From Nanobdellota archaeon (GTDB taxonomy: Archaea > Nanobdellota > Nanobdellia > Pacearchaeales > GW2011-AR1): a DNA stretch of 64,000 bases. The stretch lies in NCBI GenBank assembly GCA_027334715.1, contig DAHWUG010000001.1, forward strand, positions 15,324 through 79,323, read 5' to 3'. Below are positions 18,084 to 27,973 of the stretch, piece by piece. The notes below the pieces were generated by a model. It saw only the letters and a list, made by a program, of their open reading frames with translations, was not told the origin of the DNA and searched no databases. Within the stretch, counting starts at the first letter, position 1, and the number at the start of each line of letters is the position of its first letter. Position numbers and translations under genes: made by a program.

Positions 18084-19097
18084 ATGGCCACAAAATCAGG
18101 AGAAACTGATATAATAAAAGATGCTGTTTCTGGGGAGAATAAAGAGGCCAAGCTTACGGATTTACCAGGCGTTGGGCCTGCTGTTGCTGCAAAACTTGAA
18201 TCTGCAGGCATTTATGACCTAATGTCAATAGCTGTAATGACTCCTACAGATCTTTCAGAGATTTCCGGAGTAAGCCCCGCTGTTGCCCGTAAAATCATCC
18301 AGGCTGCAAGAAAAATGCTTGACTTAGGATTTGTTGAAGGGACAGAATATGCAAAAAAAAGGGAGAATATAAGCTATATAAGTACAGGAAGCAAAAGCTT
18401 TGATGAACTTTTAGGAGGAAGAGGAATTGAATCAAGAGCAATAACAGAGGCATTTGGTGCTTTTGGCTCAGGAAAGACCCAGGTTGGATCAACTATCAGC
18501 GTCAATGTTCAATTGCCTGTTGAAAATGGAGGAGCAAACGGAAAATGCGTGTTCATAGATACAGAAGGAACATTCAGGCCTTCAAGAATAAAGCAGATTG
18601 CGGAAAAAAGAGGATTGAATCCCGAACAAGTTTTAAAGAACATTTTTGTTGCACGTGCATTTAATTCAGACCATCAGATTCTTTTATTGGACAAAATCTC
18701 AGAAATGATAAAGGCAGGAGAGCCAATAAAACTGCTTATTGTAGACTCTTTGACAGCCCATTTTCGCGCTGAATTTACAGGAAGAGGACAACTAGCAGAC
18801 AGGCAGCAGAAACTTAACAGATACATTCACAATTTGATGAAGCTTGCAGAGACTTACAATCTTGCAGTTTATGTAACAAACCAGGTCATGGCAAATCCCG
18901 CACAAATGTTTGGAGATCCAACAACCGCTATCGGAGGGCATATTGTGGGCCATGCTTCAACTTACCGGGTTTATCTGAGAAGAGGAAAAAAAGATTCAAG
19001 GGTTGCAAAACTTATTGATTCACCAAATCTTCCCGACAATGAATGCATTTTCTTTGTGAGCGATGCAGGTATTGTTGACGGGAAAACAGAAGAATAA
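18084..19097 (+). CDS. radA: DNA repair and recombination protein RadA
   Basis: HhH N-domain, [33 protein letters not shown]. Confidence 0.96.
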   Translation: MATKSGETDIIKDAVSGENKEAKLTDLPGVGPAVAAKLESAGIYDLMSIAVMTPTDLSEISGVSPAVARKIIQAARKMLDLGFVEGTEYAKKRENISYISTGSKSFDELLGGRGIESRAITEAFGAFGSGKTQVGSTISVNVQLPVENGGANGKCVFIDTEGTFRPSRIKQIAEKRGLNPEQVLKNIFVARAFNSDHQILLLDKISEMIKAGEPIKLLIVDSLTAHFRAEFTGRGQLADRQQKLNRYIHNLMKLAETYNLAVYVTNQVMANPAQMFGDPTTAIGGHIVGHASTYRVYLRRGKKDSRVAKLIDSPNLPDNECIFFVSDAGIVDGKTEE

Positions 19098-19101
19098 AAA
19101 A

Positions 19102-19410
19102 ATGATAGATGATAAATTACCTTTGGAAGAAATAAGTGCCCAACATTTTTTTGAATTCAGAAAGAAATTTTTAGACCTGGAAATTTTAGGTAATGAAGCA
19201 TTAATCCAAATAAAATCCCAGTTTGATTTGGATCCAATAACAACTAAGACAGTTAGAACTAACTGTGATGAGATGCATGCTCACAGTTATTCTTGCCTTG
19301 ACTTTGACAATAGAATTTCTGCTGTTGTATTAAGGTTGATTGATGAAATTGAGATGTATCGAGAAAGATTAGATGAAATAAGGAAGAAAGCTGATTATTC
19401 TAGTTACTAA
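19102..19410 (+). CDS. Hypothetical protein
   Basis: ORF following radA; no recognisable motif. Confidence 0.55.
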   Translation: MIDDKLPLEEISAQHFFEFRKKFLDLEILGNEALIQIKSQFDLDPITTKTVRTNCDEMHAHSYSCLDFDNRISAVVLRLIDEIEMYRERLDEIRKKADYSSY

Positions 19411-19415
19411 AATAT

Positions 19416-19724
19416 TTATTTTTTACTGACCTTTTCTTCCTTGAAAGCATATTTTGCAATCAGAAAAATTACAAATGCAATTATAATGAAATTAATTATT
19501 GCACCAAGCAATGCTCCCCAGCCGATTACTATTGTTCCGAGCCTTAATGTTGCTGTTTGCCATGTTCCTCCCGGAATAAAGAAAGTTATTATTGGCATGA
19601 CTAAATTAGCTACTAATGAATTGACCAATGCTACAGTAGCCAGTCCCATAACTATCCCAACAGCTATTCCCATAACTTTGTATTCTTCAAGAAATTCCTT
19701 GAATTCCTTAAGTATCTTTATCAT
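19416..19724 (-). CDS. mscL: Large-conductance mechanosensitive channel
   Basis: LKEFKEFL..YKVMGIAVGIVMG..LVNSLV..LVMP..WGALLGAIINFIII. Confidence 0.9.
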   Translation of the reverse strand: MIKILKEFKEFLEEYKVMGIAVGIVMGLATVALVNSLVANLVMPIITFFIPGGTWQTATLRLGTIVIGWGALLGAIINFIIIAFVIFLIAKYAFKEEKVSKK

Positions 19725-19785
19725 AACTTATCTAAGAATTTCATCTTTATAAAATTTTATAAACTGGTTTTTTTATGCTACTTTA

Positions 19786-20133
19786 ACAAATACTTTGTAT
19801 AAGAATATCCTTTATTTTGTTACTGGTGATTTGAAAACAACTGCAATTGCGGGGTTTGAAGAATCAGGACTGATCTTGATTTCAAGGATTGCCTTAATTG
19901 CCCCTGCATTTACTGGGTTTGCTTACCTCATTACTGGAAACTCTAAATGAATCGTCCAGGAAATTGCAGACCATGCCAAATTCGTTTTGATTGGAACAAT
20001 TGTATCATGGATGCCTTACATAATTTTTATAACTTATTTTACACCAAAAATAGGTGTAAACAAAGCCATTTTAAATTATTGCCTATTTTTGGTTGTTGCT
20101 GCAGCATTCTCTTACATTTACTTTAAGATATAA
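19786..20133 (+). pseudogene. Degraded 4-TM membrane protein gene (GlpM/DUF3147-like)
   Basis: One frame reads NILYFVTG...SRIALIAPAF...GNSK*IVQEIADHAKFVLIGTIVSWMPY...YFKI with an internal TGA at 19948 and no ATG. Family call is tentative. Confidence 0.55.
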
Positions 20134-20145
20134 AATCAATTGAAA

Positions 20146-20217
20146 CGCCCCCACGAAGATTCGAACTCCGATTGCCTCGACCGCAACGAGGTGTTCTATC
20201 CGTTGAACTATAGGGGC
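20146..20217 (-). tRNA. tRNA-Arg(GCG)
   Basis: Cloverleaf; anticodon arm CCTCG-TTGCGGT-CGAGG; GTTCGAAT T-loop. Confidence 0.93.
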
Positions 20218-20334
20218 CTTGGAAACTATATTTATTAACTAAAATACCTGATTATAAAATTATTGCTATTTCCAGGGAAATTTTAACCATTGCTTTATAT
20301 AAATTATTAAAAACTCCCAACTGCTTTCCTAAAA

Positions 20335-21558
20335 ATGGAAATAATTGCTGATTTGCAGATTCATTCAAAATATGCAAGAGCTACAAGCAAGGATATTACT
20401 CTAGAAAATCTTGAGAAATATGCACGAATGAAAGGCCTGAACCTGCTTGGTGTCGGGGATTTTCAGCATCCTTTAAGAAGAAAAGAGATTGATGAAAAGC
20501 TTACAGAAGATGACAAGGGAATTTTGAGAACTGCTAGCGGCTTCCCCTTTCTTTGGCAGACAGAAGTTAGTCTTATGTATAAACAAAATGATAAAAGAAG
20601 GGCAATTCATCTGCTTATTTTCGCGCCTAACCGAAAAACTGCAGATGAGATAACTGCATTTTTGGGAAGCAAAGGCCGTTTGGATTATGACGGAAGGCCA
20701 ATATTTGGGATGACTGCAAGGGACCTTGTTTTTGAAATGAAAAAAATAAATGACAAGATTGAAATAATTCCCGCACACTGCATGACTCCTTGGTTCGGAT
20801 TGTTTGGCAGCAAGAGCGGATTTGACAGCCTGAAAGAATGCTTTTTGGACCAGACAGACAAAGTTTACGCAATTGAATCAGGAATGAGTGCTGACCCTGC
20901 TATGCTATGGAGATTTGATGAAGTTTCAAAAGGAATAAATGTTGTAAGTTTTTCCGATGCACATAGTTTCTGGCCATGGAGAATTGGAAGAGAAGCAACC
21001 ATATTTGACATTCCTGAACTGTCATATGACAATATAATGAAAGCAATAAGGACTGGAGAAGGACTAAAAGCAACAATTGAAACGCCCCCTGAATATGGGA
21101 AATATCACTGGGACGGTCACAGGCTCTGCAATTTTTCATGCTCTCCTGAGGAAACCAAGAAACTTAACGGAATTTGTCCTGTGTGCAAAAAGCCGTTGAT
21201 TATTGGAGTTGACAACAGGGTCGAAGAAGTTGCTAAGTTTCCTGCAGGACACAGGGGGAAAAGCTCAAAACCATTTTATAAACTGCTCCCTTTGCATGAG
21301 GTTATTGTCCTTTGGAATGACTCAAGGCTTGAAAGCCCGAAAACGTGGGTTGCTTACAATGAACTTATAAAAAAATTCGGGAATGAGCTTAACATTTTGC
21401 TTAGAGTTTCCAAAGAAAGCCTTCTGGGGAAAAATGTTGATACAAAACTAGTTGAATTAATTTTGCTGAATAGGGAAGCAAAAATAAAAGTTGCTCCAGG
21501 TTATGATGGGGAATACGGAAAGGCTTTGATTGAAGAGAAACAAGAAACTTTAATTTAA
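20335..21558 (+). CDS. Endonuclease Q family (PHP domain plus Zn finger)
   Basis: ADLQIHSKYARATS, DGRP, PAHCMTPW, SDAHS, GKYHWDGHRLC, CPVC, PGYDGEYG. Confidence 0.9.
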   Translation: MEIIADLQIHSKYARATSKDITLENLEKYARMKGLNLLGVGDFQHPLRRKEIDEKLTEDDKGILRTASGFPFLWQTEVSLMYKQNDKRRAIHLLIFAPNRKTADEITAFLGSKGRLDYDGRPIFGMTARDLVFEMKKINDKIEIIPAHCMTPWFGLFGSKSGFDSLKECFLDQTDKVYAIESGMSADPAMLWRFDEVSKGINVVSFSDAHSFWPWRIGREATIFDIPELSYDNIMKAIRTGEGLKATIETPPEYGKYHWDGHRLCNFSCSPEETKKLNGICPVCKKPLIIGVDNRVEEVAKFPAGHRGKSSKPFYKLLPLHEVIVLWNDSRLESPKTWVAYNELIKKFGNELNILLRVSKESLLGKNVDTKLVELILLNREAKIKVAPGYDGEYGKALIEEKQETLI

Positions 21559-21586
21559 GAAATATTTTAACGCCCAAAACTCAACA

Positions 21587-22009
21587 TTAACTCTTAAATG
21601 ATTTACGATTTTTTATTTTAAACCCTTCACTGATGAGAAATTTTTCTAAATCGCAAGTTTTTTTAATGGCACTTCTGCCCCCAGATTTTACAATTTTTAC
21701 TACAACAGTATAATCTACTCTCTTTTTCCCATCTTTACTTTCTGACATCGGTCCCCCATTTATTTCAAATTTATACTGGCAATTTTCATCAGAGCCGAGT
21801 CCTATCTTTTCATTGATATCTAAATGAGAATCATATCTAACCATTCTTTCATCTAATGCAAAATTTTCAAAGCATATTTCTCTTAATTGTCTATCTTTTG
21901 TACCCAGAGTTTGGTATGGAACCCAATCAGGACTTCCATGATGAGAATCATCAACATACTCTGTTTTTGATGAAAAATCTCTAAAATATTTTAATTTAAC
22001 TATTCCCAT
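21587..22009 (-). CDS. Hypothetical protein
   Basis: 140-aa ORF; no motif recognised. Confidence 0.6.
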   Translation of the reverse strand: MGIVKLKYFRDFSSKTEYVDDSHHGSPDWVPYQTLGTKDRQLREICFENFALDERMVRYDSHLDINEKIGLGSDENCQYKFEINGGPMSESKDGKKRVDYTVVVKIVKSGGRSAIKKTCDLEKFLISEGFKIKNRKSFKS

Positions 22010-22039
22010 AAAATCATTTGAAAAAAATTGTTTATAATA

Positions 22040-22174
22040 TTAATTATTCCCAAATATATGCTTTTCTTTTACTTTAACAAATTTATAATGCGCATCAAAT
22101 GTCTTGTTTTTGCATTTGTCGCAAACATCTTTTAAAGTGTAAGAATTGCAGGTTTTACACTTTTTAAGTTTCAT
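22040..22174 (-). CDS. nop10: Nop10-like Zn-ribbon protein (short)
   Basis: Not in ORF track. MKLKKCKTCNSYTLKDVCDKCKNKTFDAHYKF...; C..C..YTLK..C..C signature; downstream of aIF2-alpha as in the conserved archaeal cluster. Confidence 0.8.
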   Translation of the reverse strand: MKLKKCKTCNSYTLKDVCDKCKNKTFDAHYKFVKVKEKHIFGNN

Positions 22175-22187
22175 TTTAGATGGCTAA

Positions 22188-22619
22188 TCAGGCAGCTATG
22201 TGAATAAGGTACTCCTTAAGTCTTGGATGGAATGATGTAGAGAAAAGATCTTCCAGTTCATTTGCCTTTACCCATTTAAGCTCTTTAATCTTCTCGCCTG
22301 CTTTTGGCTTTCCCTTTATTGCCTCGCATAAAAAGTAGATAGCAAGAAAATTCCTTTTTTCCTCATAGGTCTTTGAAAATACAGCCCCAAGATTTTTGAC
22401 TTCCAAGCCCGTTTGTGCCCGAATCCTGTCCTTTAGAGCTTTGTTTATTTCCCCATCTGCAGTAAGCCTCCCTCCCGGAAAAACCCATTTTAAGCCGGGT
22501 ATATATGGATCATTTTCCCTTTTACCCACAAGTATTTTTCTTTCCTTAGGATCAAATATTATTCCTAGAACAATAACCTGAAAATTATTTATTTCCTTTT
22601 CTTTTTTCATATTCTTCAA
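22188..22619 (-). CDS. NUDIX hydrolase (degenerate box)
   Basis: KWVFPGG...ALKDRIRAQTGL. Confidence 0.8.
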   Translation of the reverse strand: MKNMKKEKEINNFQVIVLGIIFDPKERKILVGKRENDPYIPGLKWVFPGGRLTADGEINKALKDRIRAQTGLEVKNLGAVFSKTYEEKRNFLAIYFLCEAIKGKPKAGEKIKELKWVKANELEDLFSTSFHPRLKEYLIHIAA

Positions 22620-22697
22620 AAAAAATTTATCTTTTTAAGGTTTGTGGATCATTGTTCAATTGCACACAAGTGTGAAATTAAAATAAATAGTAGTTAT

Positions 22698-23405
22698 TTA
22701 CTTCTTTGTAATACTAAAAAATATATCTTTTGACTTACTCTTTTTTTCAATTGTTTCAAGAATTTCCCTTAGTTTTTGGTCAGCTTCCTTTATGTCGTGG
22801 TCTTCTCTTTTTAAGGAATACTTTCCAGCAGAAAGGTACTTTATTTCCGTGCCTTCTATTTTTCCCAAAATTTCTTTTATGATTTCAACACCTTTAGGCG
22901 CCGTGCTTCTAAGAATTATCTCTTTTTTTACAACACCCTTTTTCTGCTTTTGCTGGGAGTTTATTATTTCAAGTATTTTTCTTGCATCTTCAGAACCAAC
23001 CAATTTCTCAAGCTCTTTTGGATTTGTTTTTGCTTCCTGAAGAAAATCAAAAACTTTTTCCTTTTTTGTTATTTCATCCAGAACATTATCTGCCCTGTTT
23101 CCTATCGCACTTCTTATTATGCTTTCATAACTTTTTTCAAGCTTGTCTTTTTCCCTTAATTCTTTTTGCTCTTTCTGCGAAACACGCCTCAATGAAAGGT
23201 CAATTCTGTCGCCAGAAATCCTGAGAATCTTACATACAATCTTTTTTTTAGGAACAACATAATCTCTTATGTTTCTTATTCTTCCAGGAGCAATCTCGCT
23301 GAAAACTATAGAACCTTCACCGTTGTCTTCTATTGTGACAAAAACAGTAGTGCCGACTATCCTGTCTACTGTGCAAAGTACAGTATCTCCAACTTCCAAT
23401 GCCAT
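22698..23405 (-). CDS. eif2a: Translation initiation factor 2 alpha subunit
   Basis: S1 domain, SEIAPGRIRNIRDYV, IDLSLRRV, YLSAGKY. Confidence 0.88.
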   Translation of the reverse strand: MALEVGDTVLCTVDRIVGTTVFVTIEDNGEGSIVFSEIAPGRIRNIRDYVVPKKKIVCKILRISGDRIDLSLRRVSQKEQKELREKDKLEKSYESIIRSAIGNRADNVLDEITKKEKVFDFLQEAKTNPKELEKLVGSEDARKILEIINSQQKQKKGVVKKEIILRSTAPKGVEIIKEILGKIEGTEIKYLSAGKYSLKREDHDIKEADQKLREILETIEKKSKSKDIFFSITKK

Positions 23406-23446
23406 GATTTATGTAAAAATAAGGGAGTTTTAAAGGTTATGTAAAA

Positions 23447-24016
23447 TTATAATCTTCTTAACTTTTTCATTACTTTTCTTACTTCATCTAAATTTGAACC
23501 ATCATACCTTATGACCTGAGGGTGAGTAAAGTTAGCATTAGACTTGTTTGCTGGCATTATTACCCTTGCTCTGCCCCTCCAGGTAAGCCATCTTTCAATG
23601 TATTTTGGGAAATCATCAACTAAAACTCTTCCATATACTAATCCTTTATCTCTGGTAATTGTCAAATCAACGTTCTGTCCAAGATTTTTGTCAATCCATT
23701 TCTTCTTGCCTGACCAAGCATATGGATTGCTTCTAGGACCCTGTGTTAATATCATAATTTTATAACCTAACTCTCTTGCAATTTCAAGTACATCCCATCC
23801 CAACTGGAATTTAGGTAAGCTTTCCCACCATTCTTCAGATCTTCTTATCATATCTGCCCTTTTTCTTATATATCCTGGTGCATCATCTGTTACAGGCATA
23901 TCCCAAACAGGTTCACCCGTAGATCTTAGTTCTTCTAATTTTCTTAATAATGCTTCATCATAACCGCATAAAGTTCCATCCATATCAAAAAGTGCGATAT
24001 CTTCTACTCTTGGCAT
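23447..24016 (-). CDS. HAD-family 5'(3')-deoxyribonucleotidase-like protein
   Basis: FDMDGTL, KKKWIDKNL, DKGLVYGRVLVDD. Confidence 0.82.
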   Translation of the reverse strand: MPRVEDIALFDMDGTLCGYDEALLRKLEELRSTGEPVWDMPVTDDAPGYIRKRADMIRRSEEWWESLPKFQLGWDVLEIARELGYKIMILTQGPRSNPYAWSGKKKWIDKNLGQNVDLTITRDKGLVYGRVLVDDFPKYIERWLTWRGRARVIMPANKSNANFTHPQVIRYDGSNLDEVRKVMKKLRRL

Positions 24017-24066
24017 AAAAGAAGCATAAAATTATATTTTTTAATTATAATGGTGTTGCAGAACAA

Positions 24067-25440
24067 TTAAATCTTAACCAATTCTATCTCGCAACTTTCC
24101 TTTAAGGCGTTTATGAATTCTGATTCTTTGCTTTGGCTTACAATGCAACCAGCTGCAAACTCATGCCCTCCGACTTCACCACCAGTTTTCTTAATGATTG
24201 TATCAAGAATTTCCCGGACATTTCTTCCCTTTCTCCCAACACCACGCGCAGAGACCTTTATCTTGTCCTCGTAATAAGCCATTGTTACAATCACTGTTCC
24301 CTCTTCATACAGGGAGGAATTGGAAAGTATACTTGCTATTGTCCCAATGATTGTGTCTTTTACACTGTCTCTTGCATTTATTATCAAAAATCCCTTTCCC
24401 TGTATTTTCTCAACTTTACCAGAGGGATTCTTAACAAAATCAAGCCCAGCGATTAAGTGTTGCTTGTATTTTGCATGTATTGCTTCTGCTTTTTTTCTTG
24501 CTCCTGGAACTTCCATGCAAAACTGGAGAGCAATTTCTGGCTCGTCAAGCCTTGAGCATGCATTTATCATTGCACTTAATTCTCTTGCGTCTTCTAGCTT
24601 GTTGAAAAATTTTAACAGAAAAATATCTCCCACAAGCTCTTTGTTTTTTGTATTTGGATTTCTTAGCATTATTGAAGTAACAAGCTTTTTCATTTCATCC
24701 TCATTTAAATCAATGAGACTTTTATATTTCCCATTAACGGGCTCGATTCCAGAATGGCGAAGCAATTCCTTTATGCCGTCAGGATTTCCTGTAATTCCAG
24801 GAATATATGGGTCTGAATTATATTCAAGAACCTTATTTACAGGGCGAGTGTAAGGATAAATTAGTAATCCGCGCCTCCTTTTTATTTCACCATCTTCAAG
24901 AATTCCGTTGTTGAGCTTGTCAATGTTTGCTTCCATCAAGTCGCCAATCATTCCAAGGACAGCGAGTTTTGCAAGCTCCCTGTTCTCATTGCCGATTTTT
25001 TTGCAAAAAAGATAAACAAGGCCGGATGAGCTTATATTCTCCTTTCCATAAAGAATAGGATTCACCATTGTTACATTTTCAGGAATTTCCTGCACAATTT
25101 CATGATGGTCTATGATGAAAACTTCCTTAATTCCAGCTTCTTTTATGTAATTGAGCATTCCCGATGCAAGGTCAAGAAAAATAACCGGCTTGTTTTTTTC
25201 CAAACCAAATACAAACTCCTTTTCAAGTCTTTTTAAAATTCTGACTGAAAATTTTCTGTCCATCCTTTTCATTGCCTGGACCATTATTGCTGCAGAAGAA
25301 ATACCATCCGTATCAAAGTGGCTTACAACAAGAACTTCCCTGTTTTTTGGAATTGCAAGAAGTTTTTCAACAGCATTATTCATGCTTTCATCAAATTCAT
25401 TATTACCCCTTTTTTCCATTTTAAAAATAAAATTTGCCAC
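24067..25440 (-). CDS. DHH/DHHA1 phosphoesterase (RecJ/Cdc45-like, GAN-type)
   Basis: HFDTDG, IIDHH, GGHEFAAG; adjacent to uS15 as in the conserved archaeal cluster. Confidence 0.88.
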   Translation of the reverse strand: MANFIFKMEKRGNNEFDESMNNAVEKLLAIPKNREVLVVSHFDTDGISSAAIMVQAMKRMDRKFSVRILKRLEKEFVFGLEKNKPVIFLDLASGMLNYIKEAGIKEVFIIDHHEIVQEIPENVTMVNPILYGKENISSSGLVYLFCKKIGNENRELAKLAVLGMIGDLMEANIDKLNNGILEDGEIKRRRGLLIYPYTRPVNKVLEYNSDPYIPGITGNPDGIKELLRHSGIEPVNGKYKSLIDLNEDEMKKLVTSIMLRNPNTKNKELVGDIFLLKFFNKLEDARELSAMINACSRLDEPEIALQFCMEVPGARKKAEAIHAKYKQHLIAGLDFVKNPSGKVEKIQGKGFLIINARDSVKDTIIGTIASILSNSSLYEEGTVIVTMAYYEDKIKVSARGVGRKGRNVREILDTIIKKTGGEVGGHEFAAGCIVSQSKESEFINALKESCEIELVKI

Positions 25441-25443
25441 TAT

Positions 25444-25836
25444 TTAAGCAAAATTGTGATAATGTTCCTGCTTTCTAAGAAGGGAGAATATTCTTTCCCT
25501 TTCCCTCATTGCTCTTTTGTCTTGAGCATTCCTTTCCCTGTGTTTTGTAATCCTTTCCAGCTTTTCCCTTATATTCTTCACATCCGGCTGCTGGTAAATC
25601 TCCTTTTCCTTGAGAATTCTTGATATTTTTCCGTGCTCTTTAGGATGAATCCCTTCATGCCTTAAAGCCTCGCCTATTTTTTCAGCTGTCAGGCCTTTTT
25701 TCGCAAGTTCAACAATTTTTTCCCCATATTCTTTCTCTGTTAATTCCTTTTTTTCTTCCTTTCCTGTTTCAGGAGACTCATTTTTGACAGATTCAGATTC
25801 TTTTTTCTCAGATTTCTCTGCTTTTTCTTTTGGCAT
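25444..25836 (-). CDS. rps15: Ribosomal protein uS15 (divergent)
   Basis: IVELAKKGLTAEKIGEALR..KISRILKE..KH.E.N..DK; located upstream of the DHH gene. Confidence 0.78.
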   Translation of the reverse strand: MPKEKAEKSEKKESESVKNESPETGKEEKKELTEKEYGEKIVELAKKGLTAEKIGEALRHEGIHPKEHGKISRILKEKEIYQQPDVKNIREKLERITKHRERNAQDKRAMRERERIFSLLRKQEHYHNFA

Positions 25837-25940
25837 CTGATTAGATGAAGAAGTTCGTTTTTAAAGTTTTTTGTATATTCAAAAGTAAAAATTGTGCATG
25901 AATGTAAAAGATATTTAAATACAAAAAACTTATCTGCCTT

Positions 25941-26735
25941 ATGGGTAAAACCATAGGCATTGTAAGCCTTAAAGGAGGTGTTGGCAAGACAACAATGGTT
26001 ACAGCACTTGCTGGGGCATTTTTCAGACTTGGAAAAAAAGTTCTTATCGTAGATGGTAATCTTTCAATGCCCAATTTGGGGCTTCACCTTAATATAATTG
26101 ATCCAAAAACGACAGTTCATGATGTTCTAAATAAGGAAGCAGGAGTAAAGGAAGCAATACACCCTTATCCTGGTTTTGACATCCTTCCCGCATCTTTGTT
26201 TACAAATGCAAAAGTAAACCCCTTTTTGCTAAAAAACAACTTAAGAGAGATAAAAAGAAAATATGATGTTATTGTTATTGACTCTTCGCCAGCTTTAAAT
26301 GATGAAACCCTTGCAGTGATGCTTGCATCTGATGAGATCTTTGTTGTTTCAACACCAGATCATCCGACCATGAGCACAAGTCTTAAAGCTGCAAAGATTG
26401 CAAAACAGAGGGGAACTCCTATTTCTGGAATAATACTTAACAAGGTTCATAAAAAAAAATTTGAGCTTCCATTAAAAACAATCGAAAATACTTTAGAAAT
26501 GCCCATACTTGCAGTCGTACCTTATGATACTAATGTGCTAAAATCTCTTTCTTTTATGGAACCATTCACAATTCATAATCCTTTTTCAGAGGGGAGCGAA
26601 GAAGTAATGAAATTTGCCGCAATGCTTGTAGGAGAGAAATATTCTGGAAGAAGTTTTATGAATTTTTTTAGGACAATTGTTCCTGCAAAACAAGATATAA
26701 ACAGGGAAATATTTTATGAAGGATTCTTTAAATAA
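25941..26735 (+). CDS. minD: MinD/ParA-family ATPase
   Basis: KGGVGKTT deviant Walker A, DGNLSMPNLGLHL, IDSSP. Confidence 0.85.
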   Translation: MGKTIGIVSLKGGVGKTTMVTALAGAFFRLGKKVLIVDGNLSMPNLGLHLNIIDPKTTVHDVLNKEAGVKEAIHPYPGFDILPASLFTNAKVNPFLLKNNLREIKRKYDVIVIDSSPALNDETLAVMLASDEIFVVSTPDHPTMSTSLKAAKIAKQRGTPISGIILNKVHKKKFELPLKTIENTLEMPILAVVPYDTNVLKSLSFMEPFTIHNPFSEGSEEVMKFAAMLVGEKYSGRSFMNFFRTIVPAKQDINREIFYEGFFK

Positions 26736-26738
26736 AAA

Positions 26739-26811
26739 TAGCCCTGCCAGGATTCGAACCTGGGTCTAAGGCGCCAAAGGCCTTCATACTTGACCGCTAT
26801 ACTACAGGGCT
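26739..26811 (-). tRNA. tRNA-Gln(TTG)
   Basis: AGCCCTG/CAGGGCT acceptor stem; AAGGC-CTTTGGC-GCCTT anticodon arm. Confidence 0.93.
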
Positions 26812-26826
26812 TTTTTTCCGAAAAAG

Positions 26827-26910
26827 GTTCAATCAGAGATTGAACAAAGATTTACTTTGTAAATCTTTCCACAAAGCTGTTAAAACTTGACCAGCTTATG
26901 GCTATAGCCA
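26827..26910. repeat. Four tandem inverted repeats 5' of tRNA-Gln
   Basis: GTTCAATC-aga-GATTGAAC; AAAGATTTAC-ttt-GTAAATCTTT; AAGCTG..CAGCTT; TGGCTATAGCCA. Confidence 0.75.
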
Positions 26911-26946
26911 GAAAACAAAGCATTAATTTATAAGGGTTTTGATTAA

Positions 26947-27564
26947 TCAGTAAGAATCCTTGTAACGACCACGAGACTCAACTTTCTTAAGCTGTTGCAG
27001 AACTAATTTTGAGCTTTTTGATTCAGAGTATCCATGCAAAACAGAATCAAATAGTTCTTTCCAATACATGAAATGCCTTGCTTCCAGTGCTTGTTTTAGA
27101 AGATGAATGTCGACCGCCTTGTCTTCTGTTTTGTGGCTGTGGAATCCAAGGCCAAAATCAATAAAAAAAACTTCATTGTCTTTCAAAATCATGTTACTTG
27201 TTGTCAAATCCCCGTGAATTATATCTGCATCATGAAACTTTGCAATGTTTTCTCCAATCTTTTTGCAGATTTCTTTTTGTTTTCCAAGAAGAAAACTATC
27301 AAGGTTGTCTGAAAGTTTTTTTCCATTGATAAATTCCATTGTTATTTCTTTTGTTTTTTCATCAACTTTCTTAATTTTTGGTATGCTTGCAACTTTTCCT
27401 GCTTTTTCAATTAATTTTGCTTCAGATCTTGTTCTTAATTTTCTTATTTCCTCATCAATTTCAGGAAGCCTGTAAGATTTTTTTATTCTCTTTTTTATCA
27501 CCTCATTGTTATTAAGTAAAATAAGCGCTTCTGCACCCTGCTGAATAATTTTTTCATTTGCCAT
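26947..27564 (-). CDS. bud32: KEOPS kinase Bud32
   Basis: QGAEA, RTRSEA, IIHGDLTTSNM, IDFGL, EDKAVD, RGRY. Confidence 0.93.
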   Translation of the reverse strand: MANEKIIQQGAEALILLNNNEVIKKRIKKSYRLPEIDEEIRKLRTRSEAKLIEKAGKVASIPKIKKVDEKTKEITMEFINGKKLSDNLDSFLLGKQKEICKKIGENIAKFHDADIIHGDLTTSNMILKDNEVFFIDFGLGFHSHKTEDKAVDIHLLKQALEARHFMYWKELFDSVLHGYSESKSSKLVLQQLKKVESRGRYKDSY

Positions 27565-27580
27565 TTTGTTTAGTTTTTAT

Positions 27581-27973
27581 CTAATGGTCCCATAAATAAA
27601 TTAGAAAAACAAGCGCAATAAGAAGCCCGAAATCTATCAGTAAGCAAAATTCACAGAGAGCTTTTATTACAAAAGCCTGAAGAATCAGAAAATACAAGGA
27701 GATTATGGAACCTACTATGACTGCTAAATGTATGATATTTCTAGTGTGCTTGCTTGGATTATTTATGTGAAACAAAGTCAGCAGAATCATAAAAGAGAAA
27801 ATAAAAACACCATACACTGAATTTTTTACACCAAATAATGAGCCATAAGCAGAGCCATTGATTATTGAACAGCCCTGACCTGGCTTGCATATTCCTGTAA
27901 GATTATCTGTTGTAAGAATTAATGAGCTTATTAGTCCGATAACAAAAATCAAGAGGAATATCTTGTATTTCAT
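27581..27973 (-). CDS. Vitamin K epoxide reductase (VKOR)-family membrane protein
   Basis: C...GC..I..S.YG.LFG loop and CEFC redox motif; 4 TMs. Confidence 0.85.
   Translation of the reverse strand: MKYKIFLLIFVIGLISSLILTTDNLTGICKPGQGCSIINGSAYGSLFGVKNSVYGVFIFSFMILLTLFHINNPSKHTRNIIHLAVIVGSIISLYFLILQAFVIKALCEFCLLIDFGLLIALVFLIYLWDH

Noticed and set aside
20137..21089. 16-bp direct repeat caattgaaacgccccc at the tRNA-Arg 3' end (20137) and at 21074, suggesting attL/attR
   Set aside because: The second copy lies inside the conserved EndoQ coding region, on the wrong side of the tRNA, with no integrase nearby. A few such matches are expected by chance in 64 kb of AT-rich DNA.
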